NCBI GenBank assembly: GCA_040386535.1
Contig: JAZKFH010000057.1
Span: 1-64,000 of the forward strand
DNA from: Myxococcota bacterium
Lineage (GTDB): Bacteria > Myxococcota_A > UBA796 > SXON01
Length of the DNA: 64,000 nucleotides
Direction of reading: 5' to 3'
Part shown: positions 1 to 8,224 of the stretch, piece after piece
Numbering within the stretch: position 1 is the first letter of the stretch
How the letters are laid out: the number at the start of each line of letters is the position of its first letter
Program-made: the position numbers and the translations under genes
Notes under the pieces: generated by a model
The model's input: only the letters and a program-made list of their open reading frames with translations
Database searches by the model: none
What the model was told of the DNA's origin: nothing

Positions 1-528
1 GCGCTGGGCGCGCCGAACTGACCGGATGCGCGGCCATCCCCCGAGTTCGGCGCGCGGGTCGCGCCGAACTGACCGGATGCGATGCCATCCCCCGAGTTCG
101 GCGCGCTGGGCGCGCCCCGCTCACGCCCGCGTATACGGCGGCGCCACGCAGCCCCCGGACGGCGCGCTGGGCGCGCCGAACTGACCGGATGCGCGGCCAT
201 CCCACTGGATCCGCATCCACCATACCGAGTTGGAACGGGCTATTTTCCGCGATCGCTGCTCTGGCGCCGCCGCCCGAGAAGGTCGCACGCCGGCAGCGGG
301 ACGCTGCCGGCGGGCCCACACGGGGCCCGGCGAGCCGTTCGGCGCTCGAGGGCACGACGGAAGGCAGCCGAGTGGCGGCTGGCGCCGGGTCGGGGGCCTG
401 CGGGTGCCGCCGGAAACCTCCGCTGCCAGCTGCGCTCTGGATTTCCATGCGTTCGAGGGAGACATGATGGATCCGCATCCAGTGGGGCCATCCCCCGAGT
501 TCGGCGCGCTGGGCGCGCCGAACTGACC
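1..528. repeat. 51-bp palindromic (REP-like) tandem repeat blocks, left part (may continue beyond window start)
   Basis: Unit GCGCTGGGCGCGCCGAACTGACCGGATGCGCGGCCATCCCCCGAGTTCGGC at 1-51 and a variant at 52-102; partial units at ~164-203 and ~486-528. Each unit folds with GCGCCGAACT/AGTTCGGCGC arms and an inner GGATG-N6-CATCC stem. Confidence 0.9.
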
Positions 529-834
529 TTCTGCGCCTCCACAACGCCCCGAACACAAAGCAAACTTTCCCCCACCGCCCGCCACCGCGTCCCCAGGCGC
601 GGCGCCCGAGCGGTTCGCTGGAGCTGCCGCTGCACTGGACGGTGGCGCGACATTGTCTCCCGACGACGCCGCCGAGCCGACAGGCGGTACCCCCGGCTCG
701 GGAGCAAGGATCCGGTAGCTGATCCTCGCCCACGTCTGTTCGAGCGGGACGTAGCTCACGATGACCCGGACGATGTGTTGAGGTTGCTCTCCTGTGAGGT
801 GGTCAATCCCTCCACACATGAGCCCCCGGACGTC

Positions 835-1000
835 GCGCTGGGCGCGCCGAACTGACCGGATGCGCGGCCATCCCCCGAGTTCGGCGCGCTGGGCGCGCCG
901 AACTGACCGGATGCGCGGCCATCCCCCGAGTTCGGCGCGCGGGTCGCGCCGAACTGACCGGATGCGATGCCATCCCCCGAGTTCGGCGCGCTGGGCGCGC
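835..1000. repeat. Three tandem 51-bp palindromic REP-like units immediately downstream of the Y1 transposase
   Basis: Units at 835-885, 886-936 and 937-987, same sequence family as 1-102. Confidence 0.92.
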
Positions 1001-1005
1001 CCCGC

Positions 1006-1812
1006 TCACGCCCGCGTATACGGCGGCGCCACGCAGCCCACGGCCGCGCCCACCGCCGCCTCCAGCGCGAGCTCCATACGGACGGCGCGGAGGATCGCCT
1101 CGCCCACCTCGCGGGTCGCGATCTTTCTCGCGGCGGGGACGCCGATGCCCAGCGCGTGGGCGACCTCCGCAAGGTGGATGCCCGAGGCGATCGCAAGCTG
1201 TACCGAGCCGCGGCGGGCCTCGACCACCGCGGCGTCGTTGCCCACGAGATCGGGGCCCACCGCGAGCGCGGCGCTGGAGGCGCTCACGAGGCGCGAGGCG
1301 CCGGCCGCTCGGACACCGTCGAGCGTGACCGGGAACAACTCGACCTCCGGGAGAGCCACGTGGCGACATGCCTCGCGCAACCGGAACCGTGGCAGCGCCT
1401 GGGCGAGCTGGAGCGAGAGCCCCGGTACGAGCCGCGCGCCGACGAGGTCGCGGTAGCACGACCCCGTCGCCAGGGCGCCGTGTTCGGCCAGGCCATGATG
1501 CGCCTGCTGGGTGAGCAGGTACCCCACGAGCCACTCGAGGTGACCGCGGTCACGCACCGGCCGCACGAAGGCTGGCCCCAGTTCGACGGCCGCCGCCGGG
1601 CGAAGGGCCAAGAGGATGGCGCGCGCGAGCCGCCCCACCCGCTCCTCCTCCAGGAAGACGACGACGTGCACGTGATCGTCCACGAGCGCGAAGAGCGTGA
1701 TCCACGCCCCGGCCACACGCCCGAGCGCGCGCACGGCGTCACGCCGCGAACGCTCGGTGGGAAAGAGCACGTGGCGATTGACGGCGGCGAAGGTGAGATG
1801 GAACGAGCGCAT
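1006..1812 (-). mobile_element. Y1/HUH tyrosine transposase, REP-associated (RAYT-like, IS200/IS605 TnpA superfamily) with C-terminal HTH-like extension
   Basis: N-terminal FHLTF..NRHVLF, HUH motif DDHVHVV, putative catalytic YLLTQ, HHGL and GSCY (cf. RAYT WSSY), C-terminal LAEVAHALGI. Flanked by palindromic repeats. Start taken at ATG 1812 (ORF extends to 1857). Confidence 0.8.
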
Positions 1813-1885
1813 GGCGGCCGCGAGCTTGCGCACCGAACGGTCCGACGACAAGTGCAATCCGACGAGAAGCCGCCCACCTAGCTGT

Positions 1886-2057
1886 CGGGCGAAGGGCCAA
1901 GAGGATGGCGCGCGCGCCGCCCCCGACGCTCCTCCTCACAGACGACGACGTGCGCGTGATCGTTCACTAGCGGGAAGAAGCGTGTGCGGCCTCGTGATGC
2001 AACGAGCGTGGGGCGGCCGCGCGCTTGCGCACCCAAATGGCCGTCGCCACGTGCATC
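1886..2057 (-). pseudogene. Decayed, internally deleted partial copy of the 5' part of the Y1 transposase gene
   Basis: 1886-1916 is identical to 1597-1627; the copy retains DHAHVVV; 1996-2057 resembles 1797-1859 but the ATG is lost. Confidence 0.8.
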
Positions 2058-2218
2058 GCGGCCAGGGCCCCGCCATTGCCCTGTGGCATGAACTCGCGGT
2101 GCCGGCCGCCGGGGAACGCGACGGCGATCGCCACTGTCCGGACGGAGCCGCTCGCGCCGATTTACCGTGGGTCCGTTGCTGTCCGGCAGCGAACCTCCCA
2201 GGAGGGTAGCTTCGCGCA

Positions 2219-2569
2219 ATGATCGACACCGTGGTGCTCTTTCGCCCGACAGGCCCCGGCGAGCTCGCGCTCGTGGCGGAGTCCGGCTATCGCCGCTGGC
2301 CGCCGAGGCTCGCGGAGCAGCCGATCTTCTACCCGGTGACGAACGAGGCGTACGCCCGCGAGATCGCCGAGCGCTGGAACGTGCGTGAGAGCGGCCTCGG
2401 CTACATCACGCGCTTCGCCGTGCGCGCCGATTTCCTCGGGCGCTACGAGCCGCACGTGGTGGGAGCGCGCCACCACGAGGAGTACTGGATTCCAGCGGAA
2501 GAACTCGAAGCGTTCAACGACGCGATCCTCGGACTCATCGAGGTCGTCGCGACGTTCGGCTCGGGGTGA
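2219..2569 (+). CDS. Conserved small protein (family often annotated ADP-ribosylation/crystallin J1)
   Basis: LFRPTGPGEL..WPPRLAEQPIFYPV..EEYWIPAEELEAFN motifs, 116 aa. Confidence 0.8.
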   Translation: MIDTVVLFRPTGPGELALVAESGYRRWPPRLAEQPIFYPVTNEAYAREIAERWNVRESGLGYITRFAVRADFLGRYEPHVVGARHHEEYWIPAEELEAFNDAILGLIEVVATFGSG

Positions 2570-2597
2570 ACCGGCGGCGCCCACCCCAACTCCGCGC

Positions 2598-2740
2598 CGC
2601 GCGAGGTGCCCGGCGGGCGCGCGCCCAGCGGGCGCGCGGTTCCGCGCCCGGCGGCCATGCCGCCGCCGCGCGAACGGAGGCGCCCCGCGCCGACCCCGAA
2701 GGGGACCGCCCTCCGGGCGTCCGCGCCCGGAGACGCGCCC
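2598..2740 (-). repeat. Dispersed ~143-bp multi-hairpin element (family B), copy 1
   Basis: Aligns by eye with 22988-23130 and with 61282-61406 (opposite strand); begins 13 nt after the SDR stop codon. Confidence 0.8.
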
Positions 2741-2753
2741 ACCCCCCCCACAC

Positions 2754-3527
2754 TCAGGACCCGAGCGCCAGGAACCCGCCGTCGACCGGGAGGTTCACCC
2801 CCGTGATCCACCCCGACGCGGGCAGCGCGAGGAACACCACTGCGCGCGCGATGTCTTCGGGTTCGCCGAGGCGGCCGAGGGGCGTGCGGGACAGGATGGC
2901 GGCGGCCTTTTGTGGATCGTCGAGGACCGCGGCGGCGAGCGGGGTGCGCACGTACCAGGGCGCGACGCCGTTGACACGGATGCCGAGGGGGCCCCACTCG
3001 GTCGCGAAGAAGCGTGTCATGCCATCCAGCGCGCCTTTGCTCATCGCGTAGATGGCGGTGCTCGTGCGGATCGTGCGTGCCGACGCAACCGACCCCATGT
3101 TCACGACGCTCGCGCCGGGTGACACCAAGAGCCAGGCGTGGCAACCGCGCGTGAGCTCCCACGCCGAGGTGACATTCGTCCGGACCAACGCCTCCCAATC
3201 CTCGACGGTGGCCTCCAGCGTGGGGCGGCGAAGGTTGATGCCGACGTTGTTGACGAGGATGTCGAGGCGGTCGCCCAGCGCGCGCACGCGATCCAATACC
3301 GCGGCGCGGCCTTCGGCGGTGGCGACGTCGGCGGCGATGCCGTGGGCGGTCGCGCCCGTGGCTTGAATCGTCGCGACCTGCGTGTCCAACTCGTCCGCGC
3401 CGCGGGCCACGAGGATCACGGCAGCGCCGCGCTCGGAGAGGGCCAGGGCCGTGGCCGCGCCGATGCCGCGGGAGGCGCCGGTCACCAGGGCCACGCGGCC
3501 ATCGAGCCGCCAAGGGTCAGCGCTCAT
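2754..3527 (-). CDS. SDR family oxidoreductase (tropinone reductase-like)
   Basis: TGASRGIG, NNVG, YAMSK, PWYVRTPL, VDGGF. Confidence 0.93.
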   Translation of the reverse strand: MSADPWRLDGRVALVTGASRGIGAATALALSERGAAVILVARGADELDTQVATIQATGATAHGIAADVATAEGRAAVLDRVRALGDRLDILVNNVGINLRRPTLEATVEDWEALVRTNVTSAWELTRGCHAWLLVSPGASVVNMGSVASARTIRTSTAIYAMSKGALDGMTRFFATEWGPLGIRVNGVAPWYVRTPLAAAVLDDPQKAAAILSRTPLGRLGEPEDIARAVVFLALPASGWITGVNLPVDGGFLALGS

Positions 3528-3772
3528 TTCCTGCTCCCGATGTCACGTTGGATTTGCCGCAACCCGACGAAGGCGCGCGCCACCGCGTAGAAGAGCGGCC
3601 CCTGCACCACGAGGAGCAGCGCCACTACACGGAACCATTCGCTCGCCAACGTGGCGGGCGTCCGGAAGCCGTACAACGGGTTCCGCGCAACCGTGCCATT
3701 CTTCAACGGGACGGCGAGCATCCAGATCAGCAGGCCCAGGAAGGCCGCGGTGATCGCGAAGATCCAGTGCAT
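3524..3772 (-). CDS. Short SdpI-family membrane protein (possibly internally deleted)
   Basis: RNPLYGFRTPATLAS motif, two TM segments, only 82 aa; stop overlaps the SDR start. Confidence 0.6.
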   Translation of the reverse strand: MHWIFAITAAFLGLLIWMLAVPLKNGTVARNPLYGFRTPATLASEWFRVVALLLVVQGPLFYAVARAFVGLRQIQRDIGSRK

Positions 3773-3790
3773 GGCCCGATCGTAGCCCCC

Positions 3791-4987
3791 CTACCGCGCA
3801 ATCGCCTCGACCCGCCGGAGCACCTCCTTCGCGGGGATCACCTCCGCGAAGGGGACGACCGAATCGGGCAGCTCCCCGGCCTCTCCCGCGAGCTTCTTGC
3901 TCACCGCGACGACAAGGTTGGTCGGCCCGTGCCGCTTGAGCAGGGTCAGGCGCCGGTCGATCGAGCCCTTGCGCCAGAAGCCCAGGATCTCGAGCCACGC
4001 GACCTTGTTGCCCTTGGTGAAGCGGAAGTCGGGCACGACCACGCCCTCGCCGCCCTGGTGCAGGGGGTGGACCTCGCGGTCGAGGGTCCAGCCGCTGTCC
4101 AACGCGAGGAAACGCTCCTCGAACCAGAGGGACTCGCGTGTCTCGTACGCGCCGGTGTCGCGGTAGTGGGAGCGCAGGCCCATCGCGGGGGTGAGCTTCA
4201 TGGTCTTCTTGCCACGCCAATCCACCTTGGCGGTGGCCTCCCAACCGCTGGGTTGGAGGAGCAGCGCCGGGAAGAACCGCGCCAGGGCCATGCCGTAGCG
4301 GGTGGTCTGGGAGAAGAGCGAGGCGGGGCCGTCGAGCACGATCTCGTAGCCGTCGGGCAACACGCGCACGTCACAGATGAGCTGGTGGAACTTGACCGCG
4401 CGCAGGAGTTGGCGCGTGCGGGCGGGCTCGGGGTTCACGAGGCGCACGCGCAGCTCGGAGGCCTTGAGCAGCACGGACTGCACCAGCGCGACGTTGTAGC
4501 GGTCGAGCAACCAGCGCGCGCTCGGCACCGCGACCGTGGTGAGCACCTGCTGATCGGCGTGATCGGCGTAGAGCGCGCCTTCGAGCGCGGCGGGATCGAC
4601 GCCCAATTCGGCGGCCACCTCGGCGTAGATCTGCGCGGCGGTGGGCCGGCCCCCCTCGATCGCGAGCGGGGAGAGCGGGCCCCGGGCCGTCGCGTGGCGA
4701 AACACCTTGGCGCGGATCTCGGCGGGCGGGATCGGCGCGGACACGTCGAACTCGGACTTGTCCGTGAGCACCTTCACGAGCCCCTTCACGAGCTTGTGAT
4801 CGGTCCCGTCGCCCACGAGGGTGTCGATCTGCTCGTCCAACTCGACGCGCCGGTGCCCGACCCCCTCGCGGAACAGCGTGAGGAGCTCCTCCGCGCGGTC
4901 GATCAACTTCTGCGCGTCGGGATCGACGAAGCTCGGCGTGAGCTCGCCCTTCTGCGCTTTGACGCGGATGAGGTCACCGGTAAGCAT
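3791..4987 (-). CDS. DUF790 family (Bax1-like) nuclease
   Basis: MLTGDL start, LYAD, RYNVALVQ, LDGPASLF..TTRYG, PDFRF..WLEILGFW. Confidence 0.88.
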   Translation of the reverse strand: MLTGDLIRVKAQKGELTPSFVDPDAQKLIDRAEELLTLFREGVGHRRVELDEQIDTLVGDGTDHKLVKGLVKVLTDKSEFDVSAPIPPAEIRAKVFRHATARGPLSPLAIEGGRPTAAQIYAEVAAELGVDPAALEGALYADHADQQVLTTVAVPSARWLLDRYNVALVQSVLLKASELRVRLVNPEPARTRQLLRAVKFHQLICDVRVLPDGYEIVLDGPASLFSQTTRYGMALARFFPALLLQPSGWEATAKVDWRGKKTMKLTPAMGLRSHYRDTGAYETRESLWFEERFLALDSGWTLDREVHPLHQGGEGVVVPDFRFTKGNKVAWLEILGFWRKGSIDRRLTLLKRHGPTNLVVAVSKKLAGEAGELPDSVVPFAEVIPAKEVLRRVEAIAR

Positions 4988-6377
4988 CGTGCTCTCTCCG
5001 GCGCTCGGACGTGCGGGTCTCGGTGGTGCCCTCGGTGACCAGCTCGTAGAGCACCGCCTGCTTGTCCTTGCCGGGCCGGAGGATGCGCCCCAGCCGCTGC
5101 ACGGACTCGCGCACCGTGCCGGTTCCGCTCACGACGATGGCGACCTCGGCCGAGGGGAGATCGACGCCCTCGTTGAGCACCCGCGAGGTGACCAGGGTGG
5201 TGATCTCGCCGGCCCCGAACGCGTCGAGCCAGGCGCGACGCTCCTTGGTGTCGGTGTGGTGGGTGATGCACGGCGCGAGGATGCGCCGGGAGATGCGCCA
5301 CGCCGTGTCGTTGTCGTTGGTGAAGACGATGGTGCGGCGCCCCCACTCGTCCGCGATGATGGACTCGACCAGCTCCAGCTTGCGCTCGGTGCCGTGCGCG
5401 ATGCGCTTGCTGTCGAGCATGGCGCGGAAGGCGGCGCGGCCCTCCTTGCTGCGCGCGGACAACATCAGGAACTGCCGCAGCCCGTCGGGCGAGCCCATGC
5501 GGATGTTGTTGCTGTCCACGAACGCGCGGTAGCGGGCGCGCAACATGTCATATTGGGCCTGCTCCTCGGGGGAGAGGCTCACCGCGATGACCTCGGTGTA
5601 GTACTCCGCGAGGAATTCCCCCGCGAGATCGGTGATCTCACGCCGGAAACACACCGGACCGACCAACGTGTCGAGCCACTCGTGGGAGCCGTCCGTGCGC
5701 TCCAACGTGGCAGTCAGACCCAATCGAAGCGGGGCGATCGAGTTCTCGGCTGCGCGCGCGTACATGGGCGCGGGGAGGTGGTGGACCTCGTCGAACACGA
5801 GCAGCCCGAAGCGGTTGCCGTAGCGCTCCATGTAGAGCGCGGCGCTGTCGTAGGTGGTCACGGTGATGGGCCGGATGTCGTGGCTGCCGCCGCCCAACAA
5901 GCCGATGTCACATCCAAACGCCGCGCGCAGCCCGCCGTACCATTGGGACAACAGATCCAACGTCGGCACGACCACCAGGGTGGAGCGCCGCGCCTCCGCG
6001 ATCACGCGCTCGGCGACGTAGCTCTTGCCCGCGCCGGTCGGCAGCACGACGATGCCGCGCCACCGGGCGGCCCGCCACGCTGTCACCGCGTCCTCCTGGT
6101 AGTGGCGGGCCACGCGGGTGCCGAGGTGCTTGATGTCGAGCTTCTCGTAGGCGCGGGCGCGGTCCTCGAAGGGCAGGCCCCGCCGGCTCTCGACCACGCT
6201 GCCGTAGCGGATCGCGGGGGCGCGCGCGCGGCCGATGCGGCTGTCCCACGAGAACCCCTCGGGCAGCGCGTCGGGCGGGGCGCCGTCGAGCACGATCGTG
6301 CCGCCGTCGAAGCGCAACGACCACGGGTCCGGAGGGGCCGCGGGAGGGGCGTCGGGCTCGGGAGGGGCGTCGGACAT
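4974..6377 (-). CDS. XPB/Rad25-type SF2 (DEAH-like) helicase
   Basis: LPTGAGKS, DEVHH, GLTAT, LNEGVDLP, QRLGRILR; overlaps the DUF790 gene. Start at MSDAPP. Confidence 0.9.
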   Translation of the reverse strand: MSDAPPEPDAPPAAPPDPWSLRFDGGTIVLDGAPPDALPEGFSWDSRIGRARAPAIRYGSVVESRRGLPFEDRARAYEKLDIKHLGTRVARHYQEDAVTAWRAARWRGIVVLPTGAGKSYVAERVIAEARRSTLVVVPTLDLLSQWYGGLRAAFGCDIGLLGGGSHDIRPITVTTYDSAALYMERYGNRFGLLVFDEVHHLPAPMYARAAENSIAPLRLGLTATLERTDGSHEWLDTLVGPVCFRREITDLAGEFLAEYYTEVIAVSLSPEEQAQYDMLRARYRAFVDSNNIRMGSPDGLRQFLMLSARSKEGRAAFRAMLDSKRIAHGTERKLELVESIIADEWGRRTIVFTNDNDTAWRISRRILAPCITHHTDTKERRAWLDAFGAGEITTLVTSRVLNEGVDLPSAEVAIVVSGTGTVRESVQRLGRILRPGKDKQAVLYELVTEGTTETRTSERRREHDAYR

Positions 6378-6473
6378 CGGGAGCGGAGGGTAGTCGCCGG
6401 GGGAGGATGGGACAAGGGCCCGCCGCATCACCGGAGGACGCGACTGCTACACTCCGCGCCCATCGAGGCTCCC

Positions 6474-7118
6474 GTGCGCACGCTCGCTCCCGTCACGCTC
6501 TTCTCCCTCTTCGTCGCGCTCGGGTGCGGCGGCGGCGGGTCCTTCACCGATCTGGTCCCGACTCCGGGCGGCTACCAGGCGCGGCTCGACTCCTTCACCG
6601 GCAGGTCGGTGAACACCGCGATCGCGGACCTCGGCGCGCCGACGCGCGTGGTCGACATGGCCGAGGGCCACAGGCTCTACGTGTGGGAGGAGAAGAGCGA
6701 GATGCGCACCCCGATGGTGGGGGAGGAGCGCCACGACGCGCAGCGAGGCACGGACACCGTCGTCATCTCGGGCTTCAACCGGGTGCCGCTCGATTGTTTC
6801 ACGGAGCTCCAGACCGATGCGGCAGGTGTGGTCGTGCGCAACAGGGTCGAGGGGCTCGCGTGTATCGGTACGGCGCCCGCCGCCGGCACCCCCGCCGCGT
6901 TGACGACGACAGCCCCGCTTCCCGTCGCCCCGCCCCCCGTCGCCCCGCCCCCCGTCGCCGTCTCCCCCGTCGCCCTCCCGCCCGCCGCCATCGTGGCCGA
7001 CGCTGCTGAGGACGCCCCGGATGACGCCGCAGACGCCGCCAACGCCGAAGCCTCCACCGCGAACGAGCGCCGCCGCCCCCGGCGCGCCCGCCCGCTACGC
7101 GACCGCAACCGCGAATAG
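6474..7118 (+). CDS. Putative lipoprotein with Pro/Ala-rich tail
   Basis: GTG start after GAGG, signal ending ALGC, LGAPTRV..LYVW motif; 3' part of ORF 4821..7118. Confidence 0.7.
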   Translation: MRTLAPVTLFSLFVALGCGGGGSFTDLVPTPGGYQARLDSFTGRSVNTAIADLGAPTRVVDMAEGHRLYVWEEKSEMRTPMVGEERHDAQRGTDTVVISGFNRVPLDCFTELQTDAAGVVVRNRVEGLACIGTAPAAGTPAALTTTAPLPVAPPPVAPPPVAVSPVALPPAAIVADAAEDAPDDAADAANAEASTANERRRPRRARPLRDRNRE

Positions 7119-7177
7119 CGCCGGGCCGATTCGACCCCTCGAACCGGGTTATCGGAGGCGCCTCTCCGCGAGGCTCC

Positions 7178-8215
7178 ATGCGTCACCATCTCCTCGGCCG
7201 AACCGGCCTTTTCGTCTCCGAAATCTGCCTGGGCACCATGACCTTCGCCGGGCGCGGCTTCTGGCAGGTCGTCGGGGCGCTGCCGCAGGAGGGGGCCGAT
7301 CGGCTCGTCGCCACCTCGATCGACGCGGGCATCAACTTCTTCGATACGGCGGACGTGTACTCCGAGGGCGGCAGCGAGGAATTGCTCGGCAAGGCGCTCG
7401 GGGCGAAGCGCAAGGACGTGGTGGTCGCGACCAAGGTGCGCGGCCGCACCGGGCCCGGCCCCAACGAGACCGGCCTGTCCCGCGCCCACATCCTCGCGGC
7501 AGTCGACGCGAGCCTGCGCCGCCTCGGCACCGACTGGATTGACCTCTACCAGATCCACGGCTGGGACCCGGTGACCCCGCTCGACGAGACGATGCGGGCG
7601 CTCGACGATGTCGTGCGTGCGGGCAAGGTGCGCTACCTCGGCTGCTCCAACCTCGCGGCCTGGCAGATGATGAAGGCCAACGGCATCGCGGCCCATGAGC
7701 ACCTGGCCCGCTTCGAGAGCGTCCAGGCCTACTACACGCTCGCCGGTCGCGACGTGGAGCGCGAGATCGTGCCGATGCTGGCGGATCAGCAGATGGGGAT
7801 GCTCGTGTGGAGCCCGCTCGCCGGCGGCCTGCTCTCGGGCAAGTTTCCGCGGGATGGGGCCGGGCCCGCGGGCACCCGCCGCGCCACCTTCGACTTTCCG
7901 CCCGTGAATCGGGACCGCGCGTTCGACTGCATCGACGTGATGACGCCCATCGCGGCGGCGCACGGCGTGAGCGTCGCGCGGGTGGCGCTGGCGTGGCTGC
8001 TGGCCCGCCCGTCCGTGACCTCGGTGATCATCGGCGCGAAGGACGAGGCCCAGCTCGCGGACAACCTCGCGGCGGTGGATCTCACCCTCGCCGCCGAGGA
8101 GCTGGCCGCGTTGGACGCGGTGAGCGCGCTCCCGCCGGAGTACCCGGGCTGGATGATCGAGCGGCAGAGCGCCGATCGGGTTCCCAGCGGCGTGTCGGCG
8201 ATCCGCGCGCGATAG
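7178..8215 (+). CDS. Aldo/keto reductase
   Basis: LGTMTF, FFDTADVY, ATKV, IDLYQIH, WSPLAGGLLSGK. Confidence 0.95.
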   Translation: MRHHLLGRTGLFVSEICLGTMTFAGRGFWQVVGALPQEGADRLVATSIDAGINFFDTADVYSEGGSEELLGKALGAKRKDVVVATKVRGRTGPGPNETGLSRAHILAAVDASLRRLGTDWIDLYQIHGWDPVTPLDETMRALDDVVRAGKVRYLGCSNLAAWQMMKANGIAAHEHLARFESVQAYYTLAGRDVEREIVPMLADQQMGMLVWSPLAGGLLSGKFPRDGAGPAGTRRATFDFPPVNRDRAFDCIDVMTPIAAAHGVSVARVALAWLLARPSVTSVIIGAKDEAQLADNLAAVDLTLAAEELAALDAVSALPPEYPGWMIERQSADRVPSGVSAIRAR

Positions 8216-8224
8216 TCACCCGCG

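Noticed and set aside
1..1000. CRISPR array interpretation of the 51-bp repeats
   Set aside because: Units are directly tandem without 30-40-bp unique spacers, and no cas genes are in the window.
82..1534. ORFs spanning the repeat array (e.g. 82..855, 121..819, 794..1456)
   Set aside because: Open because the 51-bp unit is a multiple of 3 and GC-rich; the translations are repeat-derived.
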